From positions 7,351 through 71,350 of IMG/VR virus record IMGVR_UViG_3300031976_000907: a stretch of DNA of 64,000 nucleotides, one strand, 5' to 3'. Under the pieces are notes generated by a model, which saw only the letters and a program-made list of their open reading frames with translations, had not been told where the DNA came from and did no database searches. This DNA is from a virus. Numbering within the stretch: position 1 is the first letter of the stretch; each line of letters opens with the position of its first letter. Made by a program: the position numbers and the translations under genes. This document shows positions 56,401-64,000 of the stretch, in pieces.

Positions 56401-59400
56401 GCTAAGTCTCCCCAAGAAGCACTTAAGTACCTTGAAATAGATTCACTTACAACCAAGCAAGAAGCGGCAGTTGCGCATTTTGCGGCATTTGTACCACAAG
56501 TGAGTGAGGCATTAAGTTCTATATTTGAGCCTAGCAAGTTCACTGTACGTAACTACATGAACAATCTTGTAAACGAAGATGGTTCATTACGTGACGGTGT
56601 CACTGAAGCGATTGCAGCAACGGTGTACAACTGGGCAGCTACTCGTTCAACGGATACGTACTACAACGACAAGCAAGCTATTGCAAATATGTTGAGCCTA
56701 CCGGAAAGCAAAGTTACTGAAGCAATGATTGATTTGCTGGGTGACAAAGGCGTTTCTCGTGCTGAACTTGTTCGACAGTTAGGTGCTGAAGTTCGTAAGA
56801 CTCTAGGACTAGATGTTAAAGATGGCAGCGTTCCGCTGAATCATAAAGATAATCTGGAACAGGCACTGGGCACTTACGCTTACGGTGTGTTGTTTGAGAT
56901 GGGTATGATTGAAGAATCAGCTGTTCCTCGTATTTGGGACGTTGGTTCTAACAAGCGCAAAGTACTTCCGATGACACGTACTAAAGCCAAAATGGTAGAT
57001 GGCGTGTTGACTGAAACAGAATCTGTTAAAGAGATTGTTGATGTTAACCGTGGTACGTCTAGCATCATCGGCAAGATGTTTAAATCTGAGATGGTTCGTA
57101 CTGAGCCACGCCTGGTTGCTCCAGAAGATCAGCCTGGTCGTCAGAAAGGAACATTTAAGTCTGTAACTGCAGCTGCTCGTCGTATCCTGACACGTCATGC
57201 AAATCGTGCACATCAGATTGCTTCTGAAGTAGACGGCGTATTCAACTTATTTAACCGCGAACAGCAAGAAGCTCTTGTCGGTGTAGTTGATTCTGATGGC
57301 TTAGAAAATACGCACAAAGCTAATCGCAAAGGTGTGGAAGGTAAGAACGCTTCACTACGTCGTGAGTTAGACGATTACAGTGAGTGGCGTGGACGCATGG
57401 AAGAAGAAGGCAGTGTTGATACTGAATTCTATCTAGAACATGAGATCTGGCGTAACCAGCGTATTGGTATGTCCACTGGCTTAATTAACCCGCAGGCTTC
57501 TAAAGTACAGCGTGGCTTGGTTCGTATGTCGAACTGGGTAAAAACGATCAAGCTGGATAACAAGAAGCACATGGATATGTTCAAACTTGGCTTTGGTCAA
57601 GGTATGGGCATAGACGTGGATAAGCTTACTATCCCTGAAAGTATTGCTGAGGTAAGCCAAGTTCTAGAAAGTGAAACGGTACAGAAAGCACTGGCTGCAC
57701 TGAACCTTCACTTGAATGGTGGTGAGCTAACCGTTGAGATGCGTGATGACATTGTTGCAGCGGTACGTATGGGTGGTGAGGGAACTCATTCACTCAATGC
57801 GTTGGTCAACTATGCACGCTACCAAGACGCAGTCGGCAAAGGTATGTCTGGATTTAAATCCGATATGGTGCTGGAAGTCGATGGTATTACCAACGGTGTC
57901 ATGATTGGTGTGATGCAATTTATGCCAGGATCTGAAAAAGCCAAAGAACTACTGGCGGCAGGCGGCATCTTTACAGATGGTACAACTTCATACGGTGAGT
58001 GGCGCTCTAAAGGTAACATCGATAACTATGAGAATCTTGCTACAGCTTGGCTTGAAAAGATGCGTGAGCGCTTTGTAGCCACTGAAGATCTTCAAGAGAA
58101 GAAGCAGTTTGCTGTTATTGCGAATATCCTGCAGATCACTAAGAACGGTAAACCTAACCGTAAACTGGCTAAAGCACCTCTAATGACGAACGTCTACGGT
58201 GCTAGTGCTGATTCAATCAAAGCATTGGTAGGTGATGAGTTTATTGATGCAATCTACAAGCGCATCGAAGACATCGTTAACGATCCAGAGCTTTGGGAAG
58301 ATGAGCGTCGTGATCAGTTAATGGCTTTACAGAATGAGCTAAACCAGCTGACATCAGAGCCACTACTTAACTTTGGTAAGTTTGCAGATACACGTTCAGC
58401 ATTGGATGCACTGGTTAATCCAGTAGCTGAGGCTGAGATTCGTGACATGCTGAGCAACAGCTTTGGTGAAGAGTTGCTTAATGCAGTTGAAGAGAAATTT
58501 GGTGACTTCATGGAGCGCCGTTCAAAATTCAACTCGCTAATCGAAAAACAGAACAAAGTCTTTACCCAGCTGTTTGATAAATTAGTTGAGATCAGAACTC
58601 AAGAACTGATTGAGCAAGGTGTTATCTCAGGTAAGTACGAAACATTGCCACAGAACGAGATCGATCTAATCATCGATAAACTGATGCCGATCATGCCAAG
58701 CTTGGATACGGTATACGCTCAAAACGAATACCAAAACATGCAGCTGACTTCGATGGAGAAAGGCTCAGCAAGCAGTGATCCAAAAGCCAAAGTAGAAGTC
58801 ACACTGGCAAACGGCAAGAAGATTACGACTTACGCACGTAAACGTGGCTTTAGAGAGAAGCTAGGTGTGGGTTCTGCAATCTTAGGTATTCACTCAATGG
58901 ATGCGGCTGTAGCGCTATCAACAATGCGTGAACTCGATATTTTGAACGTCCACGATGGTTTCTCTACATCTGTTGTGGATGCACAAAAGCTAGCTAAGTT
59001 GTTGAATAACCGTTTTGTTGAAGCGATGAAGCGTTACTCTATTGTTGAAGCAGGTAACGCCAGTGCAATACGTGCTGAAGAAGCCATAATGGAAATAATG
59101 ACTGAGTACGATTTAACTACTCGTGACATTCCTGCTTCTAAAGATTTTTACTCACAAGAATTTACTGAGCTGTCTCAAGTAACTCAAACAGAGAAAGCTA
59201 AGCTTCTTGATGAGATTACGTACGTAACTCAGTACAACTTGGAAGAGTCTGGTCAGACAAACGAAGCGCCGAAGGCAGCGGATGTGACGGCTGACAGAAG
59301 TGAATGGGGTTCTGTCTACACAGGTAAGAAGTCTGCTCGTAAACGTCCAATGACAGCGGCAGAAGATTACCTACGTAACAACGACAACCCAACAGTAGGT

Positions 59401-62400
59401 GGTTTGGTTGATTTGGTGATGCCATTCATTGATAAGCGTTCAGCGATTGCACGTGTACTAGGTACACTGGGTGCAGCACTGGACACTAATTTAAACTTTG
59501 CCCTGGTTGAGCCAAACACTAACCTGGATAGCGCGTCAGAAGAAGTACGTAAAGCGATTAAAGATTCACACGCGCTGTATGACGGTAACACGCATACGGT
59601 GTACTTAAAGAGCAGTGCATTCTCCCATCATGGGATGAACGCTGAAACTATTGCACACGAATTGATGCACGCACTGGCTTCTCGCTACATTCAAGATAAC
59701 CCTGACGCAGAAGCGGTACAGGAGCTTGAAGAACTGCGCCAGCAAGTTCTGAAAGATCTGGACTCTAAGCCAAACCTATTTGGTGAAAAACCACCACAGA
59801 TCAGCAACGTTGATGAGTTGTTGGCTTGGGGTATGACCAATGAAACGTTCCAAAGCTACCTGAAGTCTCTACGTGTTAAACCACGTGAAGGTAAAGTAGT
59901 AACTGGCTTTAAACGTTTTGTGAATCTTCTACAGAAGATCATGTTTGGTAAGGAAGTTGAAGGTGCAACTAACACAGCAATGTACCAGTTGATTGAAAGC
60001 GGTGCTCAAATTATGAGCGATGCGCGTCAGTACAAACCTGCTGAGTTGGATTACAGCGTAGCACCACAAAAAGCCCAGACAATGTCGTCTATTCAAATGC
60101 TTGAGCAACTTGGATTACGCGATACTTTAAACACCCGTACACAAGCGCATAAATCACATCTGGCTAAGATTCAAGCAAGCGTGCTAGACATTTTGGCTGG
60201 CCCATTCCATAGCACACTGCGTGATGTGGAAGACAGCTTAGGTGATGACGTTGATCAGATGATTCGACACTTACAAAATAAGACCACACCGTTTGTGTCT
60301 GGCTTAGTAGGTAAGTTTAATCTATCGGCACAAGAAGCGTATGTGAGTGAGCAAGTTGAAGCGGTACTAGGTGAACTACTTAATACAGATAGTCGTGAAC
60401 GCAAACAGCTTACACGCTTATGGCAGTTGGCTAAAAACAGTGAAGAAGTTCGTAATGCGTTAACAGAAGAGCAGTGGAATTACATTTTTAATCCACGCAC
60501 AACATCTGTGATTACGTCTTATAACTCGCTGGCAGGTAAGTCGGTAACTCGTCAACAGTCTGACTATTTGCAACGCTTTGCGGCGCTTTCGCTAACGCAC
60601 GCACCGCTACGCGATGCTATGTCAGGTATGAACGTAAATGCTCAGAGCTTACCTGTTAAAGGTAAGTCATTTGGTAAACAGATCGAAGCAATCTGGCATA
60701 ACCTACTTGAGTATGTTCGTAAGCTTATGGATCGTGCGTCTAATGTCGATGGCCCTGCGCAAGAACGTATTGATCGCATCTTGCAAAACCTTGCTGTTAT
60801 TGAGCATCGTAAACGTCAACGCATCGAAGCTGACATTAAGAAAGCAGAAGCTGCTCAAGATAACCCGCTAAACAAAGCGATCCATTCAGCGACTGCTACT
60901 ATCAAACGTAAGATGCGCAACACCCGTAAAGGTACGATCAGTCGTGCAGCAGACGTTGCTTCTCGTATGACGGAAGAGGGTGTGGCTGACGGGTTTGCTG
61001 ATGTAATGCAAAAAGTCCGTAACCGTATTACCTCTAAGCGTAATGGTTTGGTAATGAGTCTGGTTCAAGAACTGCGTGGTGAGACGGAAGGTAACTCCCG
61101 TTTCATGAAACTACTGCGCTGGTCTAACCGTGATATCGACCAGGCACGCCGCCAGGTTAAAGAGGCAATGACAAGCTTGGTACTGGAAGGCTTTGAACAA
61201 GAGCTGACCAAAGAAGAATCAAGTGCACTGACTAAAGCCATCATTATGACGGACATGGTTAGCTTATTTGATAACCCTAAAGATATCTCGAAAGCGATGG
61301 CTATGCTGGAAGACCCATCAGCACGTAGCGCAATGATTGAAGAGCTTGAGTCACAACTAGCACAAACCGAATACGGCATGTTCTACGTGAACCAAGCTGA
61401 TGCATTGGGCATGTACATGGCACAGGGTCGAGCTACCAACACGATGTTGATTAAGAACGCTCACGGTATTGCCCGTTTGTTTGGTCGCCCTGAAACAGCA
61501 AGCGATGCTGACATTAAAATGGCTGAGCCATTGATTGACCAATTGGCAACTTTGTACGCAATCAATTACACCAACGCAGATCAGCGTAATGCAGCAATTA
61601 ACATGCTGAATAAAGATCGAGCAGGTGTATACCATGCAATGTTCTTACACAAGCAACTTAAGAAAGAAGCACTTGAGAGCGCATTTGATGGTGATCCTGC
61701 ATTGATGGCAAAAGGTTACACCTACGAAATCACCAACCCACATAAAACAGTGGCATGGGCAGAGAAGGGTAGTGATGAAGCTGCCTTGCTAGAAGCTCAA
61801 GGTTATGTGTTGGATCACGAAACAGTATTTGCATACGATCGTCGTCAACCTAACCCAGTTGGTGTGTACGTATTGCACGATGGCGGTACAGCTCGTTACA
61901 TGGCATCAATCATGTCGAACACAAACCTTTCGGCAAAAGGTTCGTCATTAGCTAATGTATTGGCCCAAGGTGACGGTAAGATCTACCACACTGTCAAAGA
62001 ACAGCAAGATGGTATTGCTGCACAACGTGCTAACGATTCACGTCTGTTACTGAGTCAACGTGTGAAGCCAAATCCTGATGTGGTTTATGGTATTCCGGTG
62101 TTTAACCCTGACGGTAAAGCAGTCGATTTCCGATTGGAGATGCTACAGCACTACCGCGAACAAACACTTGAAAAAGATTACCGTCTAGAGCATGTACTTG
62201 GTGGTGAAGCAGGTAACCTTGTTGATAAGCAATCTTCTGAAGCGGTAAACAGTGACACGATTGTGGCATTGGCAGAAGCTTACAAAGCAGATAGCGACAA
62301 GGGTGAGTACATTACTATCTCGAAAAATCCTGGTGATGCGCGTCTTAAAGAGATTTGGGACATGCTGCCTGAAGCAGCTAAGCAAAGGGCGCAGGATGAA

Positions 62401-63507
62401 TTCGGTGCACCAATGATTAAAGTGCGTCGTGAGATGTTGGATCTGGTATTTGGTTACCGTAAATTCTCAGTATTGGATTCGTTAAAAGTTCCTGCAAATG
62501 AACGTACCCGCATGCAACGCATGATGGCTACGGCATTGGAATTGGCGATGAAGTATTTTGGGATTAAAGCTGCCACGAGGATTCAGCAAGCTGAGCAAGT
62601 GTGGCAAGAGATTATCCGAGCAGTTAAAGATATTTTGGTTGTGAAAAACCTATTCACACTGGTCGGTAACATTGTGAGCAACATCGCTTTACTATCCCTA
62701 AGTGGTGTACCTATAAGGGACATCATTCGGAACAAAGCGATTGCTTGGAAGGGCGTACAAGATTACCAGCGTGATAAAAACCGTCTATTTAAGTTGGAGC
62801 AAACAATTGCTGCTCAACCATTAACGGCTGAACAGTTAGATGAGTTCCAAGCTGAGATTGCGATTATTAACCAGCGCATGGCGATAAATCCTGTAGCAGA
62901 GTTGGTCGAGGCTGGGATATTCCAGACCATCGTAGAAGATATTGATACTGCGGATGATCCATACAGCTACAAGTCAAAGCTTGTAACAAAAATGGATGAG
63001 TACACTAAGCATGTACCGCAAGGTATTAAAGAAGCGGCGAAGGTAATGACCATGAGTCATGACACTTCTGTGTACAAGTTCATGAACCAATCAACTCAGA
63101 TCTCTGACTTTGCAGCGCGATACGTACAGTACAAGTACTTCACTGAGCGAGCTAAGAATCCGTTGACTAAAGAAGAAGCTCTGAAGCGCGTGGTTGAGAA
63201 CTTTGTAAACTACGACATCCCAACGCACAAAGGTGTGCAATATCTCAATGATATGGGTGTGGTCATGTTCACCAAGTACTACATGCGCATACAGAAACCT
63301 TTGGTTCGTATGGTGGGTGAGAACCCAGCAAGATTCATGATGATGCTAATGGCACAGAGCTTCTTAGGATTCTCTGCACCGTCTGACTCAAGTTTCTTGA
63401 CGAACAATCCACTCAGTCGGTTTGTAAACCCATTGAATACGATTGTTGGAGCGCCAGACGAGATCATGCTTATTAACGGTGTACTGCATGGTACAGGCAT
63501 TAAGTAA
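53443..63507 (+). CDS. Virion-encapsidated RNA polymerase (N4 gp50-like)
   Basis: 3354 aa, no Cys seen; motif A EVDGITNG, motif B RKLAKAPLMTNVYG, motif C NVHDG; zincin-like AHELMH. Confidence 0.96.
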   Translation: MSSNNPYSPLITPPTKEDAVNNASVEKQNILTQRVNPLSQQELIQQNADSIRARQYEQAVRESDSWVTDEGLDSFGGTVANSVAAAVEIGVPRLLSQTLGLLPNAVSAMQIRGVPDAAIESYNKQMGIDGMTRELDRQRRLAMADSIMGTLSADDYQNRMAFLDQKAAEIPTLRPEENALLDQVLQQDEGPSIDEFSQEDTSAPAGNPVTYRSKLNAALRSSNAAAEIDKFFMEDTIVSGIFNDSSRKDLISEIETAWNINSTGFDKADAAEAKGNYGEATWEGVKTLAGLIADGGSAIASNPGASVEYAMENAPRLLTGLFGKSALALTNTGYAMDTYRRGLEAYQSENNGNLPDKDTQGKMLMSALAAGGVEMVADSALLKAAGLGKAAPNPTQTLKGALLSRATTPVTSGIGEGVTEGIQTGLEQLAEGKSLDEIDGGEVYAGAVIGTAAGGATTVPGSALGAVGDTVRKTAIEPLQKRAIKAAAEQQVEDAKNAEIDEAINTAIGTKVPSPVIKSTSEGENQSDFAISDVLSRIAARHKSVTQPSEEGSEPNLEEGKKLVTAARQTMVAARNKAEQVSDQIDALDKQYEGTELPADVAEQRESLIREEESLQAEVSDNAQAFKDLVAAQNSLTSTEEDVNTVVNATEQTQQFKIAKQQIIDKTLSSMESVTVEQVRNVLDKASTLLSEEERNQLENYAETKERLDAAKSVDEVNQLIIEGGTDTNGRVYKGAEEYRDEITLAVQTGDTRKAQMSLIKLREFTERHRAKANAFKKAFAPYARARTQASKLAPTKEELDAKQYVEENFQTQSGKAYDVGFNFGSIAQATVYEASALEATLREAEALVQTKKIDDVTTETETAADPLVTEDTSTTPDANQVVEEASQSPQQTEELIPEEQAAETLQEPTSSQQETNSQEGTVDENISQTSNESAVSGLVRPISDESIELSADQKVEQINIIDRSFKVKNIVGSVLHGMQNLAETLAKSPQEALKYLEIDSLTTKQEAAVAHFAAFVPQVSEALSSIFEPSKFTVRNYMNNLVNEDGSLRDGVTEAIAATVYNWAATRSTDTYYNDKQAIANMLSLPESKVTEAMIDLLGDKGVSRAELVRQLGAEVRKTLGLDVKDGSVPLNHKDNLEQALGTYAYGVLFEMGMIEESAVPRIWDVGSNKRKVLPMTRTKAKMVDGVLTETESVKEIVDVNRGTSSIIGKMFKSEMVRTEPRLVAPEDQPGRQKGTFKSVTAAARRILTRHANRAHQIASEVDGVFNLFNREQQEALVGVVDSDGLENTHKANRKGVEGKNASLRRELDDYSEWRGRMEEEGSVDTEFYLEHEIWRNQRIGMSTGLINPQASKVQRGLVRMSNWVKTIKLDNKKHMDMFKLGFGQGMGIDVDKLTIPESIAEVSQVLESETVQKALAALNLHLNGGELTVEMRDDIVAAVRMGGEGTHSLNALVNYARYQDAVGKGMSGFKSDMVLEVDGITNGVMIGVMQFMPGSEKAKELLAAGGIFTDGTTSYGEWRSKGNIDNYENLATAWLEKMRERFVATEDLQEKKQFAVIANILQITKNGKPNRKLAKAPLMTNVYGASADSIKALVGDEFIDAIYKRIEDIVNDPELWEDERRDQLMALQNELNQLTSEPLLNFGKFADTRSALDALVNPVAEAEIRDMLSNSFGEELLNAVEEKFGDFMERRSKFNSLIEKQNKVFTQLFDKLVEIRTQELIEQGVISGKYETLPQNEIDLIIDKLMPIMPSLDTVYAQNEYQNMQLTSMEKGSASSDPKAKVEVTLANGKKITTYARKRGFREKLGVGSAILGIHSMDAAVALSTMRELDILNVHDGFSTSVVDAQKLAKLLNNRFVEAMKRYSIVEAGNASAIRAEEAIMEIMTEYDLTTRDIPASKDFYSQEFTELSQVTQTEKAKLLDEITYVTQYNLEESGQTNEAPKAADVTADRSEWGSVYTGKKSARKRPMTAAEDYLRNNDNPTVGGLVDLVMPFIDKRSAIARVLGTLGAALDTNLNFALVEPNTNLDSASEEVRKAIKDSHALYDGNTHTVYLKSSAFSHHGMNAETIAHELMHALASRYIQDNPDAEAVQELEELRQQVLKDLDSKPNLFGEKPPQISNVDELLAWGMTNETFQSYLKSLRVKPREGKVVTGFKRFVNLLQKIMFGKEVEGATNTAMYQLIESGAQIMSDARQYKPAELDYSVAPQKAQTMSSIQMLEQLGLRDTLNTRTQAHKSHLAKIQASVLDILAGPFHSTLRDVEDSLGDDVDQMIRHLQNKTTPFVSGLVGKFNLSAQEAYVSEQVEAVLGELLNTDSRERKQLTRLWQLAKNSEEVRNALTEEQWNYIFNPRTTSVITSYNSLAGKSVTRQQSDYLQRFAALSLTHAPLRDAMSGMNVNAQSLPVKGKSFGKQIEAIWHNLLEYVRKLMDRASNVDGPAQERIDRILQNLAVIEHRKRQRIEADIKKAEAAQDNPLNKAIHSATATIKRKMRNTRKGTISRAADVASRMTEEGVADGFADVMQKVRNRITSKRNGLVMSLVQELRGETEGNSRFMKLLRWSNRDIDQARRQVKEAMTSLVLEGFEQELTKEESSALTKAIIMTDMVSLFDNPKDISKAMAMLEDPSARSAMIEELESQLAQTEYGMFYVNQADALGMYMAQGRATNTMLIKNAHGIARLFGRPETASDADIKMAEPLIDQLATLYAINYTNADQRNAAINMLNKDRAGVYHAMFLHKQLKKEALESAFDGDPALMAKGYTYEITNPHKTVAWAEKGSDEAALLEAQGYVLDHETVFAYDRRQPNPVGVYVLHDGGTARYMASIMSNTNLSAKGSSLANVLAQGDGKIYHTVKEQQDGIAAQRANDSRLLLSQRVKPNPDVVYGIPVFNPDGKAVDFRLEMLQHYREQTLEKDYRLEHVLGGEAGNLVDKQSSEAVNSDTIVALAEAYKADSDKGEYITISKNPGDARLKEIWDMLPEAAKQRAQDEFGAPMIKVRREMLDLVFGYRKFSVLDSLKVPANERTRMQRMMATALELAMKYFGIKAATRIQQAEQVWQEIIRAVKDILVVKNLFTLVGNIVSNIALLSLSGVPIRDIIRNKAIAWKGVQDYQRDKNRLFKLEQTIAAQPLTAEQLDEFQAEIAIINQRMAINPVAELVEAGIFQTIVEDIDTADDPYSYKSKLVTKMDEYTKHVPQGIKEAAKVMTMSHDTSVYKFMNQSTQISDFAARYVQYKYFTERAKNPLTKEEALKRVVENFVNYDIPTHKGVQYLNDMGVVMFTKYYMRIQKPLVRMVGENPARFMMMLMAQSFLGFSAPSDSSFLTNNPLSRFVNPLNTIVGAPDEIMLINGVLHGTGIK

Positions 63508-63513
63508 GCAAAA

Positions 63514-63542
63514 TAAAAAGCAGGGGGTGAAGACGCCCCCTG
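63514..63542 (-). terminator. Terminator between convergent genes
   Basis: CAGGGGG/CCCCCTG stem with an A-tract on its 5' side. Confidence 0.6.
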
Positions 63543-63669
63543 AACACGCCGGAGATTGCGTGATGGCTAAAAATACTACAAGTAAGATGCCCTGCATCGG
63601 AGGAGTGCAGTGAGCGATTTGCTGCTACAGAGCATCTTACTTTTAGAATCTATGGGAGAGAAAGAGGGC

Positions 63670-63852
63670 TTAATCGCCCTCCTTCTTTTCGGGTTCACGG
63701 TAGTACTCGCTTATCACGATGAAAACCAATAGCCCAAGGATCGCAATCCCACCAAAGATGGTGAGAAAGTAAGTCAGACCCACGGCTACGGCTATTGCTA
63801 CCAGGATTAAAAGCGTCTGTGCTAGACGCTTTAGAACCCTTAGAAAACTCAT
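63670..63852 (-). CDS. Small membrane protein
   Basis: 60 aa with a long hydrophobic hairpin; ATGA overlap with the upstream gene. Confidence 0.65.
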   Translation of the reverse strand: MSFLRVLKRLAQTLLILVAIAVAVGLTYFLTIFGGIAILGLLVFIVISEYYREPEKKEGD

Positions 63853-64000
63853 TGTGAAAACAACGACTTAGCTGGCGAAGATGTTGTATCTTCTAAGCCA
63901 AATGGAACCGTTGCCTCCGTAGGCTCGTCTACTGAAATGGTTTCAGCGACTACCTCTACAGGTTCAGACGCTTCAATCGTCTCTACCACAGTGTCTTCTT
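63849..64000 (-). CDS. 3' end of an acidic protein (truncated by the window edge)
   Basis: ...EDTVVETIEASEPVEVVAETISVDEPTEATVPFGLEDTTSSPAKSLFSQ*; SLF-type tail as in N4-like middle genes. Confidence 0.6.
   Translation of the reverse strand, partial: EDTVVETIEASEPVEVVAETISVDEPTEATVPFGLEDTTSSPAKSLFSQ

Larger units (their letters stand above)
1..64000. mobile_element. N4-like (Schitoviridae) phage genome, integrase-bearing, probably a prophage; continues beyond the right edge
   Basis: vRNAP, RNAP1/RNAP2, DNA polymerase, terminase, portal and capsid in N4-like synteny; integrase and xis-like genes at the left edge; no host housekeeping genes. Confidence 0.93.

Noticed and set aside
53840-63500. 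Numerous 60-105 aa ORFs antisense or out-of-frame within vRNAP and other long genes
   Set aside because: Shadow ORFs with no RBS or recognisable motifs
1-64000. tRNA/rRNA genes, introns, inteins and LexA boxes
   Set aside because: None recognised by eye; core genes are of expected length and uninterrupted; a tRNAscan and LexA PWM scan would be needed to be certain

Overview
The whole window is most of the genome of an N4-like (Schitoviridae-type) phage, probably of a gammaproteobacterial host (host is inference). Diagnostic genes are a 3354-aa cysteine-free virion RNA polymerase (53443-63507), the two-subunit RNAPII, a gp2/Drc-like factor, family-A DNA polymerase, helicase, AAA/vWA pair, terminase, portal, major capsid and gp51-58-like genes. 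Unusually for this typically lytic group, it carries a tyrosine integrase with two convergent excisionase-like genes and a triple GACGTCAA repeat at the left edge. The gene order is permuted: the normal genome ends appear fused near 19.6-19.8 kb and the map is opened at the integrase, as expected for a prophage. No CI-type repressor is visible. Three early transcription units are each preceded by a conserved CC-WY-ACCT-RM-GC-GACA-GC hairpin, a candidate tetraloop variant of the N4 vRNAP promoter. Accessory content includes host-RNAP mimics (sigma4-HTH/alpha-CTD fusion, TraR-like protein), an expanded tail-appendage cluster with two 2OG-Fe(II) oxygenases, a lambda-J-like second module, and a phoH-grx-MazG-endolysin-holin island on the opposite strand. 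All calls come from reading motifs and gene order by eye; no searches were run.
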